NCBI GenBank assembly: GCA_031414955.1
Contig: JANOQV010000097.1
Coordinates: 1-39,499, forward strand
Source of the DNA: Pedosphaera sp.
GTDB taxonomy: Bacteria; Verrucomicrobiota; Verrucomicrobiia; Limisphaerales; SIBH01
Direction of reading: 5' to 3'
DNA length: 39,499 nucleotides
The notes below the pieces were generated by a model, which saw only the letters and a program-made list of their open reading frames with translations, was not told the origin of the DNA and did not search any database. This document shows, piece after piece, positions 8,134 to 16,700 of the stretch. The translations under genes and the position numbers were made by a program. Position 1 is the stretch's first letter, and each line of letters begins with the position of its first letter.

Positions 8134-9452
8134 GCGCGATTGAGAACCTTCCTCAACGCCGCCACCGCGCGGCGTAACTGCGTCTCGGTAATCGTCAGCG
8201 GCGGAGTGAAACTGATGATGTTGGCGTGTTCCCCTTCCGGTAAGAAAATGAAACCACGATGCAGCAGTTCCTTGATCACGCCCAACGATAGTTCCGTGGC
8301 CGGTGAGCCATCTGTGTTCGACAACTCCAGCCCGGCCATCAACCCGACACCGCGCGCACGACCATGGACCATGGACCATGAACCATGGACTTTGGACAAC
8401 TCGGCGAGCAGCACACGGCCCAATCGCGCGCTGCGCTCCACGAGTTGCTTCGCGCGAATCTCCGCGATGTTTGCCAGCGCCATCGCGCAGCCGACAGGAT
8501 GACCGAGGAAAGTGCTGGTGTGAATCGCCTCACCGATGCTGGCCGGCCACGCGGCGTCCATGATGTCGGCGCGCCCCACGCAGGCCGAGAGTGGGAAGCC
8601 GCCGGTCAGCGCCTTGCCGAGACAAATCACATCCGGGACCACGCCGCTCTGTTCGCAGGCAAACCACGCGCCGGTGCGGCCGAAGCCGGTGTAAATCTCG
8701 TCAAGGATCAGGAGCGTGCCGTGCTCGTCGCACACGCGGCGGAGCATGGGCAGGAAATCCGGCGGCGGAATGTTAATCCCGCCGCGCGCCTGGATCGGCT
8801 CGGCCAGAATCGCTCCGATCTTCTCCCGCCTGAAAGTCCGCCGGATCTCTGCCTCGACCTGCTTGGTGGTGATTGGCGGAGCCGAAGGGAACGGCACGAA
8901 GTGGCCGAACTTGCCAAGCTGTGACCGGAACGGCGCGCGAAAGTGCGCACGATGCGTGGCGTTCAAAGCGCCGTAGCCCAGTCCGTGATACGCGCCCTCA
9001 AAGGCAATCACGCCACGCTTGCCGGTCGCCAGCACGGCCGTCTTGAGCGCGGCCTCCACCGCCTCGAAGCCGGAATTGCAAAAAATCGTTTTGGCGAGCG
9101 GTGAGTGGAGGCGGGAACTTTGAACCTTGAACCACCGCTCGAAGGTCAGCCGGCTCAGTTCGCGCGCGAGTCTGGCCTTGAGCGCGTGTGGATGCACGTC
9201 GCCCATCGCGTGCAGCAGTTTGGCCATTTGCTTCTGCCCGGCACGGACGACGCGGGGATTGGCATGGCCAGCGGCGGCGACACCGAACGCCGCCGTCAGA
9301 TCGAGATACTTGCGACCTTCGGCGTCCCAGACGTGAACACCGCGCGCGCGTTCCCAGACGATGGGCCACGAGCCGTCCGTCTCCATGAATGTTACATTGC
9401 GCGACTCGTGGGAGCGCAGGAGGGAGAGGGTGCGGTGGGTTTTGGTTTTCAA
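8130..9452 (-). CDS. Class-III PLP aminotransferase (ArgD/GabT-like)
   Basis: WDAEGRKYLD, NSGFEAVEAALK, AYHG, EPIQARGG, DEIYTGFGRTG, PDVICLGKALTGG. Start uncertain (TTG 9452). Confidence 0.92.
   Translation of the reverse strand: MKTKTHRTLSLLRSHESRNVTFMETDGSWPIVWERARGVHVWDAEGRKYLDLTAAFGVAAAGHANPRVVRAGQKQMAKLLHAMGDVHPHALKARLARELSRLTFERWFKVQSSRLHSPLAKTIFCNSGFEAVEAALKTAVLATGKRGVIAFEGAYHGLGYGALNATHRAHFRAPFRSQLGKFGHFVPFPSAPPITTKQVEAEIRRTFRREKIGAILAEPIQARGGINIPPPDFLPMLRRVCDEHGTLLILDEIYTGFGRTGAWFACEQSGVVPDVICLGKALTGGFPLSACVGRADIMDAAWPASIGEAIHTSTFLGHPVGCAMALANIAEIRAKQLVERSARLGRVLLAELSKVHGSWSMVHGRARGVGLMAGLELSNTDGSPATELSLGVIKELLHRGFIFLPEGEHANIISFTPPLTITETQLRRAVAALRKVLNRA
8361..8397. repeat. 7-mer tandem array (ACCATGG x5, imperfect) inside the aminotransferase
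   Basis: ACCATGG ACCATGG ACCATGA ACCATGG ACTTTGG; encodes SKVHGSWSMVHG. Confidence 0.85.
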
Positions 9453-9465
9453 GGGGCTGCTGAAG

Positions 9466-9603
9466 AAACTCCAAAGCCAAAAGCCAAAATCCAAAAACAA
9501 CGCCAAACCTCAAACTCCAAATTCCAATTCAGAGCCGAACCTCGCTCTTTGGGATTTGGAGCTTGGAGCTTGTTTGGGATTTGGGATTTGGGATTTGGGA
9601 TTT
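9466..9603. repeat. Inverted heptamer-array element (CCAAAT(C/T)C-type left arm, TTTGGGA right arm)
   Basis: Left arm of degenerate CCAAAxx units, short spacer, right arm TTTGGGA TTTGGAG CTTGGAG ... (TTTGGGA)x4. Confidence 0.85.
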
Positions 9604-9607
9604 CCAC

Positions 9608-10351
9608 TCAGACTCCTCGTTGTTCGACGGGCCACACAAACTTGTGCATCTGCAACTGGAAGCGCACCGGCAGCGCGTCGGCGATGATCTTCTCGGCCAG
9701 TTCGCGGCGCGTGATGGGTGTCTGGCCGGCGGGAACCTTCTTGAGCGAAGGATGCTGCTGGTCCGGCGCGAGCGGCTGCACCCAGGAGAAGAGCAGCGGG
9801 CAGATGGAGGCAAGATTGTGCTTCGCGATCTGCTCCTTCGCCCAGTCGTAATCTTCCAGGGTGCCGAGGACGAACTTCACTTCGTCGGTGGCGCGCAGGT
9901 GCGGGATATTCTCCAGGCGGTTGCGTTCCACTTCGCCGCTGCTCGGGCACTTCAAATCCATGATGCGCCGGACGCGCGGATCGATCTTCGAGATGTCATG
10001 CGCGCCGCCAGTCTCGAGGACCACGGTGAAGCCGTCGTCGCAAAGCGCCTTCATCAGCGGCAGGGCGTTGGGCTGAAGCAGCGGCTCGCCGCCGGTGAGT
10101 TCAACCAGCGGCAGCGGGGAAACGCGGAACGCGGAACGCGGAGCGCGGAATGGGGCCGCCAGCCGTTGCACCTCGGAGAGAATGTCGTCGAGTCCCTGCT
10201 TGCCGCCTTCGGTGAACGCATACGCCGTATCGCAGTACGAACAGCGCAGATTGCAGGCCGTGAGCCGCACGAAGACGCACGGCAGCCCGGCAAAGGTGCT
10301 TTCCCCTTGCAGGCTCAGATAGATTTCGTTGACGACCAGCGTGTTGGACAC
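9608..10351 (-). CDS. queE: 7-carboxy-7-deazaguanine synthase (radical SAM)
   Basis: EIYLSLQGES, FVRLTACNLRCSYCDT, TGGEPLLQ, LETGG, DLKCPSSG, QLQMHK; GTG start at 10351. Confidence 0.92.
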   Translation of the reverse strand: MSNTLVVNEIYLSLQGESTFAGLPCVFVRLTACNLRCSYCDTAYAFTEGGKQGLDDILSEVQRLAAPFRAPRSAFRVSPLPLVELTGGEPLLQPNALPLMKALCDDGFTVVLETGGAHDISKIDPRVRRIMDLKCPSSGEVERNRLENIPHLRATDEVKFVLGTLEDYDWAKEQIAKHNLASICPLLFSWVQPLAPDQQHPSLKKVPAGQTPITRRELAEKIIADALPVRFQLQMHKFVWPVEQRGV

Positions 10352-10362
10352 GGGGGAGAGAC

Positions 10363-10497
10363 TAAAACTCCAAATCCCAAATCCCAAATCCCAAATAAGC
10401 TCCAAGAGTCCAAATTCCAATGGGCGCGGAGCAACCGTGGTTTGGAATTTGAGGTTTGGAATTTGTTTGGAGCTTGGGATTTGGGATTTGGAATTTC
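10363..10497. repeat. Second inverted heptamer-array element, in the queE/gdhA divergent gap
   Basis: (CAAATCC)n left arm and TTTGGAA/TTTGGGA right arm. Its reverse complement aligns with 9466-9603 (CCAAACCTCAAA(C/T)TCCAAA; TTGGAGCTT(G/A)TTTGGGATTTGGGATTTGGGATTTGG). Confidence 0.85.
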
Positions 10498-10521
10498 TTC
10501 CCGCCGGTGTTTCATCCCCTC

Positions 10522-11778
10522 ATGCAAGTGTACGATCACCCGACCTTCCGCATGGCCTGCCGGCAATTCGATCTCGTCGCCGACCATTTACAGATTCCCG
10601 AGGCCGAGCGCGACCGGCTCAAGTATCCCAAACGCTCCATGACCGTGGCCGTGCCGATTCATCGGGACGATGGCCGCACGGAAGTTTTCTCCGGCTTCCG
10701 CGTCCAGCATCATCTCACGCTTGGCCCAACGAAGGGCGGCTTGCGTTATCACCCGGACGTGACGCTGGGCGAAGTGGCGGCACTGGCCATGTGGATGAGC
10801 TGGAAGTGCGCGCTCACCGGGCTGCCCTACGGCGGGGCCAAGGGCGGCATCACCTGCGATCCGCGCCAGCTTTCCCAGGGGGAACTGGAGCGACTGACCC
10901 GACGCTATACCCAGGAAATGATTCCGTTCATCGGTCCACAAGTCGATGTGATGGCGCCGGACATGGGCACGAACGAGCAGACCATGGCCTGGATGATGGA
11001 CACGTATTCGGCGCACGCGGGCAACACGGTGTCGAGCATCGTGACCGGCAAGCCCGTCGGCCTCGGCGGCTCGCTCGGACGACGCGAGGCGACCGGGCGT
11101 GGCGTGGCTTACCTCATCAATCGCACCATGGACGTGCTCGGTTTGCCGGCCAACCAAGCCACCGCCGTGGTGCAAGGCTTCGGCAACGTGGGTTTGGTGG
11201 CGGCCTTGTCGCTGGCGAAGTATGGCGTGAAGATCATCGCGGTGAGTGATGTGAACGGCGGCCTCCACAACCGCCGGGGACTGGATGTTTGGGCACTGGA
11301 GAAGTTCTTTGCCGAGAATAAAACCCTCGTCGGCTTTCCCGAAGCGGAGCCGCTCACCAACGAGCAGTTGCTCATCACGCCGTGCGACATCCTCGTGCCC
11401 GCCGCGTTGGAGCGACAGATTACGGAGTCCAATGCCGCCAAGATTCAATGCCGCATCCTGGCCGAGGCCGCGAACGGCCCGACCACGCCCGATGCGGACG
11501 CCATCATCGCGCAGCGACCGGAGATTTTTGTCATCCCGGACATCCTCTGCAACGCCGGTGGCGTGGTGGTGAGCTATTTCGAGTGGGTGCAGGATTTGCA
11601 GAGCTTCTTTTGGACGGAGTCGGAGGTGATGGACAAGTTGTTCCGCATCATGGAGGCCGCCTTCACCCAGACCCTCGCCTTGCAGCGCAAGCAGAAAGGT
11701 TCGATGCGTCTCGCCGCGCTCAGTCTGGGCGTGAAGCGCGTGCAGGAGGCGAAACGGATGCGCGGGCTGTTTCCGTGA
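10522..11778 (+). CDS. gdhA: Glutamate dehydrogenase (Glu/Leu/Phe/Val family)
   Basis: GPTKGGLRYHP, MSWKC, GGAKGG, APDMGT, TGKP, ATGRG, QGFGNVG, EAANGP, NAGGVVVSYFEWVQ. Confidence 0.93.
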   Translation: MQVYDHPTFRMACRQFDLVADHLQIPEAERDRLKYPKRSMTVAVPIHRDDGRTEVFSGFRVQHHLTLGPTKGGLRYHPDVTLGEVAALAMWMSWKCALTGLPYGGAKGGITCDPRQLSQGELERLTRRYTQEMIPFIGPQVDVMAPDMGTNEQTMAWMMDTYSAHAGNTVSSIVTGKPVGLGGSLGRREATGRGVAYLINRTMDVLGLPANQATAVVQGFGNVGLVAALSLAKYGVKIIAVSDVNGGLHNRRGLDVWALEKFFAENKTLVGFPEAEPLTNEQLLITPCDILVPAALERQITESNAAKIQCRILAEAANGPTTPDADAIIAQRPEIFVIPDILCNAGGVVVSYFEWVQDLQSFFWTESEVMDKLFRIMEAAFTQTLALQRKQKGSMRLAALSLGVKRVQEAKRMRGLFP

Positions 11779-11779
11779 C

Positions 11780-11876
11780 AACGTGCCCCCGGCGTCCCGC
11801 CGGGTTCCGGGCGACGGAAACTGTGGGTCGCCCCACTTGAGATGCGGGCGACCCGGCGGGACGCCGGGGGCACGTT
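11780..11876. repeat. REP-doublet-like hairpin between convergent gdhA and glycerate kinase (possible bidirectional terminator)
   Basis: Perfect 26-bp inverted repeat AACGTGCCCCCGGCGTCCCGCCGGGT (11780-11805) / 11851-11876, with an inner GGGTCGCCC / GGGCGACCC hairpin. Confidence 0.9.
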
Positions 11877-12984
11877 ACACGGCGCGTGCGGTGCGTTGGG
11901 CGATTTCCTCCAGCCACTTCGCGGCGTGGGCGCGGGCGTCCTCGGGGCTGGTCACGCTGACCATCGACAGAACATCCGTGAACAGCGCGCGGGCTTTGTC
12001 TTCATCCGTGACCACGCCGGCGAGGCCGAGGCAGGGTTTGCCGGCCGCACGGCAGAGCAGTGCGAGTTCCCCCACGCCTTTGCCCATCAAAGTTTGTTCA
12101 TCGATGGCACCCTCGCCGGTGATGACGAGATCGGCGGTGGCAAGACGTGCGTGGAGATCCGACCACTGCGCGAAAAGCGCGAAGCCCGGTTCCAGCTTCG
12201 CGCCGAGGAAGGTGCAGAGACCAAAGCCCAGCCCGCCCGCCGCGCCCGCGCCTGGCGTGGCCGCCGTGGTGAGGTGAAGCTCTTGTTGCGCGCTGCCCGC
12301 CAGCGCACTGAGGCAGCGCTCGGCGAACTCAAAGTCGGCCTCCTTCAAACCCTTCTGCGGACCATACACTCGCGAGCAACCGGTCGGACCGAGGAGCGGA
12401 TTGTTCACGTCCACGGCCACGGAGAATTCTTCAAACCATTGTTCGCGCTGGGGAATTTTGATTTGCGTGAGCGAGTGCAGGTCCGTCCATCGATCGAGAG
12501 CCGCGCTCTGGGCATTCAGGAATTCCCAGCCCAGCGCGCGCGCCACGCCGAAGCCGCCGTCGTTCGTGGCGCTGCCGCCGAGGCCCATCACGCAGCGTCT
12601 GGCCCCGAGGGCCAGCGCGTCCTTCAACACTTCACCGAGGCCGAAGGTGTCCAGCTCGAAGGGGTGAAATTTGCCGGCCGGCAGTTGCGCGAGGCCGTTG
12701 ATGCGCGCGGCCTCAATGATGGCCGTGGCGCTCTTTGGCTCCCACCACCACTCCGCGGTGAGGGCGCGGTGCGCGGCGTCCACGGTCTTGGTCGTGCGGG
12801 TCTCAGCCTTGAGCAAGGCACCCAGCACCAGACCGAAGCCGTCCCCGCCGTCACTCATGGGAAGCAACTCGACCGAGTCGGAGGCACGCACGTCCCGCCA
12901 ACCGCGCGCGATGGCTTCAGCCGCCTCTTGCGCGGTCAGCGTTCCCTTGAACTTATCCGGCACGATGAGAACCCGCAGACCCAT
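11875..12984 (-). CDS. glxK: Glycerate kinase (GlxK/GarK family)
   Basis: IVPDKFKGTL, PMSDGGDG, GLGGSATNDGG, DVNNPLLG, YGPQKG, GAGAAGGLG, ITGEG. Confidence 0.93.
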   Translation of the reverse strand: MGLRVLIVPDKFKGTLTAQEAAEAIARGWRDVRASDSVELLPMSDGGDGFGLVLGALLKAETRTTKTVDAAHRALTAEWWWEPKSATAIIEAARINGLAQLPAGKFHPFELDTFGLGEVLKDALALGARRCVMGLGGSATNDGGFGVARALGWEFLNAQSAALDRWTDLHSLTQIKIPQREQWFEEFSVAVDVNNPLLGPTGCSRVYGPQKGLKEADFEFAERCLSALAGSAQQELHLTTAATPGAGAAGGLGFGLCTFLGAKLEPGFALFAQWSDLHARLATADLVITGEGAIDEQTLMGKGVGELALLCRAAGKPCLGLAGVVTDEDKARALFTDVLSMVSVTSPEDARAHAAKWLEEIAQRTARAV

Positions 12985-13079
12985 GAGCGAAGTATTGGAC
13001 GGGGGCAACAAAACGCCAAACATGAAAAAGCAAACATCTGTTTCGGCCTGCTCGACGCGGGCACCTGAGAGCAGCGGAC

Positions 13080-13595
13080 TTACTCATACGTCACTTTCAG
13101 TATCTCCAACTCCTCCTCGCCGCCAGGCAGCTTGAGTGGCACGCGCTGGCCGACACGGGCGTTCAAGAGCGCCTTGGCGACGGGCGAAATCCAGCTCACC
13201 CAGTTCTGGTCCAGATCCGTCTCGTCCAGGCCCACGATCCGGTAGGCGGTCTCTTCGCCACTGCGCTCGCGCACGGCGACGATGGCCCCAAACCGCACCA
13301 CGCCGTCCTCGACCACGGGCGGTCCTGTCACCACGCCGGTTTGAAGCGTGCGCTGGAGCTGGAGCACGCGCTGGGCGAGGAGCTTCATGGCCCGCACGGC
13401 TTCAGCATCTCCGGACGAGGCAGCCGGGCGAATTTTTGATTCGTCGGCCAAGAGGCTTTCCAGTTCCGACCCCGCCCGCATGGCTCCGCCCGGCGTAATC
13501 AGATTCTTCATACCCGGTGGCAACAGCAGGGCCGGGCGCGGCGGGGTGGGTCGCTCCGGCGCGTCATCGGACTCGCGAGTGAAGGCCTTGCTCAT
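13080..13595 (-). CDS. GreA/GreB family protein (atypical coiled coil)
   Basis: MSKAFTRESD N-terminus; C-domain VRFGAIV..YRIVGLDE..VSWISPVAKALL. Confidence 0.85.
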   Translation of the reverse strand: MSKAFTRESDDAPERPTPPRPALLLPPGMKNLITPGGAMRAGSELESLLADESKIRPAASSGDAEAVRAMKLLAQRVLQLQRTLQTGVVTGPPVVEDGVVRFGAIVAVRERSGEETAYRIVGLDETDLDQNWVSWISPVAKALLNARVGQRVPLKLPGGEEELEILKVTYE

Positions 13596-13709
13596 GGCCT
13601 CGAAGGAGGATTGGAGTTCACGGCGAACGAGATAGCACCCCCGGGCCGGTCCTGGCGAGGCGGGACGCGCCGGAAACCTCCCGCGCGCCCCGGCTCAGGC
13701 CGGCCGGTT

Positions 13710-16700
13710 CTACTGCCGGGCGCGGTAGAAGATGAGCGGGCTGTTCGTGATCGGGATGGCCGGCACGGTTTCGGTGATGTTGGTCAAAGCCAACAACTGC
13801 CAGGTCGTCCAGGAGGCCGGGGTGGCGGGCGTGGCGGTGGTTTCGATGACGTAGTTCGTGCCTGGTTTGCCGTATACGGTCAGCAGGGCGGGACTGGCAC
13901 TGGCGGCTTCGAGCAGAGCCTGACCGTTGACGACAACCGCCCGGCCGCTGTTGAGCACAACGCCCGGGGCCAGCCCAGGCTGGGAACGTGCGCCGCTCAC
14001 GCTGTTCATGGGCAGCGCCACGAAGGCCGAGCCTTGGCCTGGAGTGGCGTTGAAGTGGAGGCGCGCGACCAGTTGCGTGCCGCTCAATGTTTGCCCCGGC
14101 AGTGCGGCCAGCGTGATGCGGGCCTGCCCAGGCGAACTGGTGTCCAGCGAGGCATCGGCCACGGCGGGAATCAGGTTCGACAACGAGAGCGTGTTCAACC
14201 GGGACGCCGAGAAGGAAACCGTCAAATCCACGTTGGTCAACAGCGTGCTGGTGATCAGTTCCAGCGCCACATTGGTGCGCGTGCCCACGTCCATGACCGT
14301 CGAACCGAGCGTCAGCTCGAGGTATTCGCGCACGGTCACGGTGAAGACGCGCGTGGCACTGAGCGGCACAGCGGCGTCATCGGTCACGCGCAGTGTGATC
14401 GTATTTGTGGTGCCGGCGTCGGTGCGCGCAGGCTTCCAGCGGAACAACCCGTTGCTTGGATTGACGGAGGCGGTGGCCGGTGCCCCGGCATCGAGTGAGT
14501 AGGTAAGTTTGTTCACCGGCACATCCGCATCGGTGGCCAGAGCGGTGAAGCCCACCGATTGCAGCACGTCCACCACGACATTGGCGACCGGCGCGAGTTG
14601 CGGCGCCTTGTTGCCGGTGAAACTGCTGGCCGCAAGAGAACTGTCGGAGGTGCCGCCGGCGTTGAAGGCCAGCACGCGGTAATGATAGGTCGTGTTGGGC
14701 GCGAGTCCGGTGTCGAGGTAGTTGGTCACATTCGCGGCGTTGGTCGCGAGACGGGCGAAGTTCGTCCCGTTGAGCGAGCGTTCAATGTAGTAGCCGAGTT
14801 CGTCAGGGAGGTCATTCCAGGTGAGGAGAATTTCGTTGTCGCCATGATCCGCCGCCACCAAATCCGAAGGCGCGGCCAGGGCCGGCGGCGTGCGCTTGAG
14901 CAGGGTGTAATGGTCATTCGTGGTGCCGGTGCTGGTGAGGAAGTAGGCGTCGAGCCGGTTGCTGATCACATCCACGATCAGCGAGCCGAGCAGGTTGATC
15001 GAGACGACGTGCGCCGGATGGTTGAGCGGACCGCCCAAGGCCTGGCCACTATTGCCGACGATGGAATAGACCACGCCGCGGTTCTCGCCATTCTTGGTGT
15101 AGGGGCCGGTGCCATCCTCGCGACCATTGCCTGGATCAAGTTTCATTGAGGCGGTGATGGTGCCGGAGAGGCCATAATGACCGTCGAGCAGATAGGAGCG
15201 TTCATAGACATGGCTGTGGCCCATGAGCACGAGGTCCACGCCGTTGGCCTCCAGGATGGGATTGAGGAGCTGCCGCAGGATGACCAGGTCGCCTTCCGAG
15301 TCCGAGTCGTGCGTGCCCTTGGTGTAGAGCGAGTGATGGAAGTAAACCACCGTCCATGTCTGGGTATGGCTGGCCAGATCGTCCTTCAACCAGAGGACCA
15401 TCGGGCTGTTGGTCTCGCGTCCGCTGGTCATCGAGTCCACACCGACGAAATGCACGTTGCCGTAGTCGAAGGAGTAGTACTTCGGATTGCCCGTGGGCAG
15501 GCCACCGCCCTCGCCGTTTTGCGGCGTGGAGAAAATGTCGAGGTAGGGATAGGTGAGTGACACGTTGGCCGCCAACCCGCCGCCATCGCCCGGACGACCG
15601 GCATCATGATTGCCGACCACCGGGTAGAGGAAATGATTGCGCAAGGTCGCGGGATACATGTCGAAGACGGCGTTTTGATATTCCGTGTCGGTGCCGTTGT
15701 TGTAGGCGTTGTCGCCCAGCATCATCCACACGTCGGCCGGACGCGCGCCGTTGGCCACGAAGTTGTAATAGGAATCGCGCACCGCGCGCTGGTTGGCATT
15801 GGCCGTGCCCGGATCGCCCAGCACCCAGAAGCGCGTCGGGTAGGCCGAGCCCGACACGGGCGCGGTTCTGAACCAAAAGTTCGATCCTCCCACATTCGTG
15901 CCGCCGGCCAGTTGCTGGACCGAGCCGCCGAAGGCGTAGAAGTACTTCGTCTCCGGTTGCAAGCCGGTGATGCGGACGATGTGGTTGTTGGTCAGCGCCG
16001 TCTCCACGGCCACGTTGGTCAGGTTGTTGAGGTCCGTGCCGTAACGCACCACGGCATCCGAGAACTGGTCGGTGCGCCAGCGCACCACGCCGCCGGTCGA
16101 GGTGCCGGCCTGGAGATACGGTCCGCGCAAGAGCACGATGGGCAACTGGGTCACGACGTTCAACACCACCGGCGCAGAGGTGCCGCGCAAGCCCTGATTG
16201 TCCGTGCCCACGGCGCGCAGCACGTAACCGCTCTCGACCAGGTTGGACAGCCCCAGGCTGTAGGGCGAGGCCGCGTCCTCCCCGACCTTGGTTCCATTCG
16301 AGTAAAACTCCACCAGCGTGATCGTGCCGTCGGCATCCGTGGCCGTGGCGTTGATCGTCACCGTGGCCGGGGCCAGCACGTAGGTGCCGTTGGTCGGCGT
16401 GGTGATGTTCACCACGGGAACAGGATTGATCAGGTTGTAGCTCCACTGGTTGGTCGGGCGCGTCCAGTCGAAGGCATGGCCAGCTTCCAAATCCACGATG
16501 CCGCTGCTGGTCGCGAAACGCACATTGACCGTGCCGAAGGCCGGCTGCGGGAAGAAGAAGAAGTAGTCCGTCTCCGAGTCGGCAATCAGGCTCGTGGCCG
16601 GCAAGCCATTGAGCAGCAGGTCAGAGGCGTTCACACCGCTCACGCCCTCGTTGAAATAGACCGAGATGGTGACCAACCCGGTCAGAGTCAGGCTGGCCGC

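Noticed and set aside
9608..10351. queE as part of a 7-deazaguanine DNA-modification (dpd) island
   Set aside because: No dpdA, queC, queD or folE nearby; consistent with a housekeeping queuosine gene.
9466..10497. Possible CRISPR array
   Set aside because: Units are 7 bp and contiguous, with no unique 25-45 bp spacers and no cas genes.
9361..10642. ORFs with IPNPKSQ / WDLGFGI peptides, and the ORF-track starts at 9506, 10420 and 10456
   Set aside because: Translations of the heptamer arrays, not real coding sequence.
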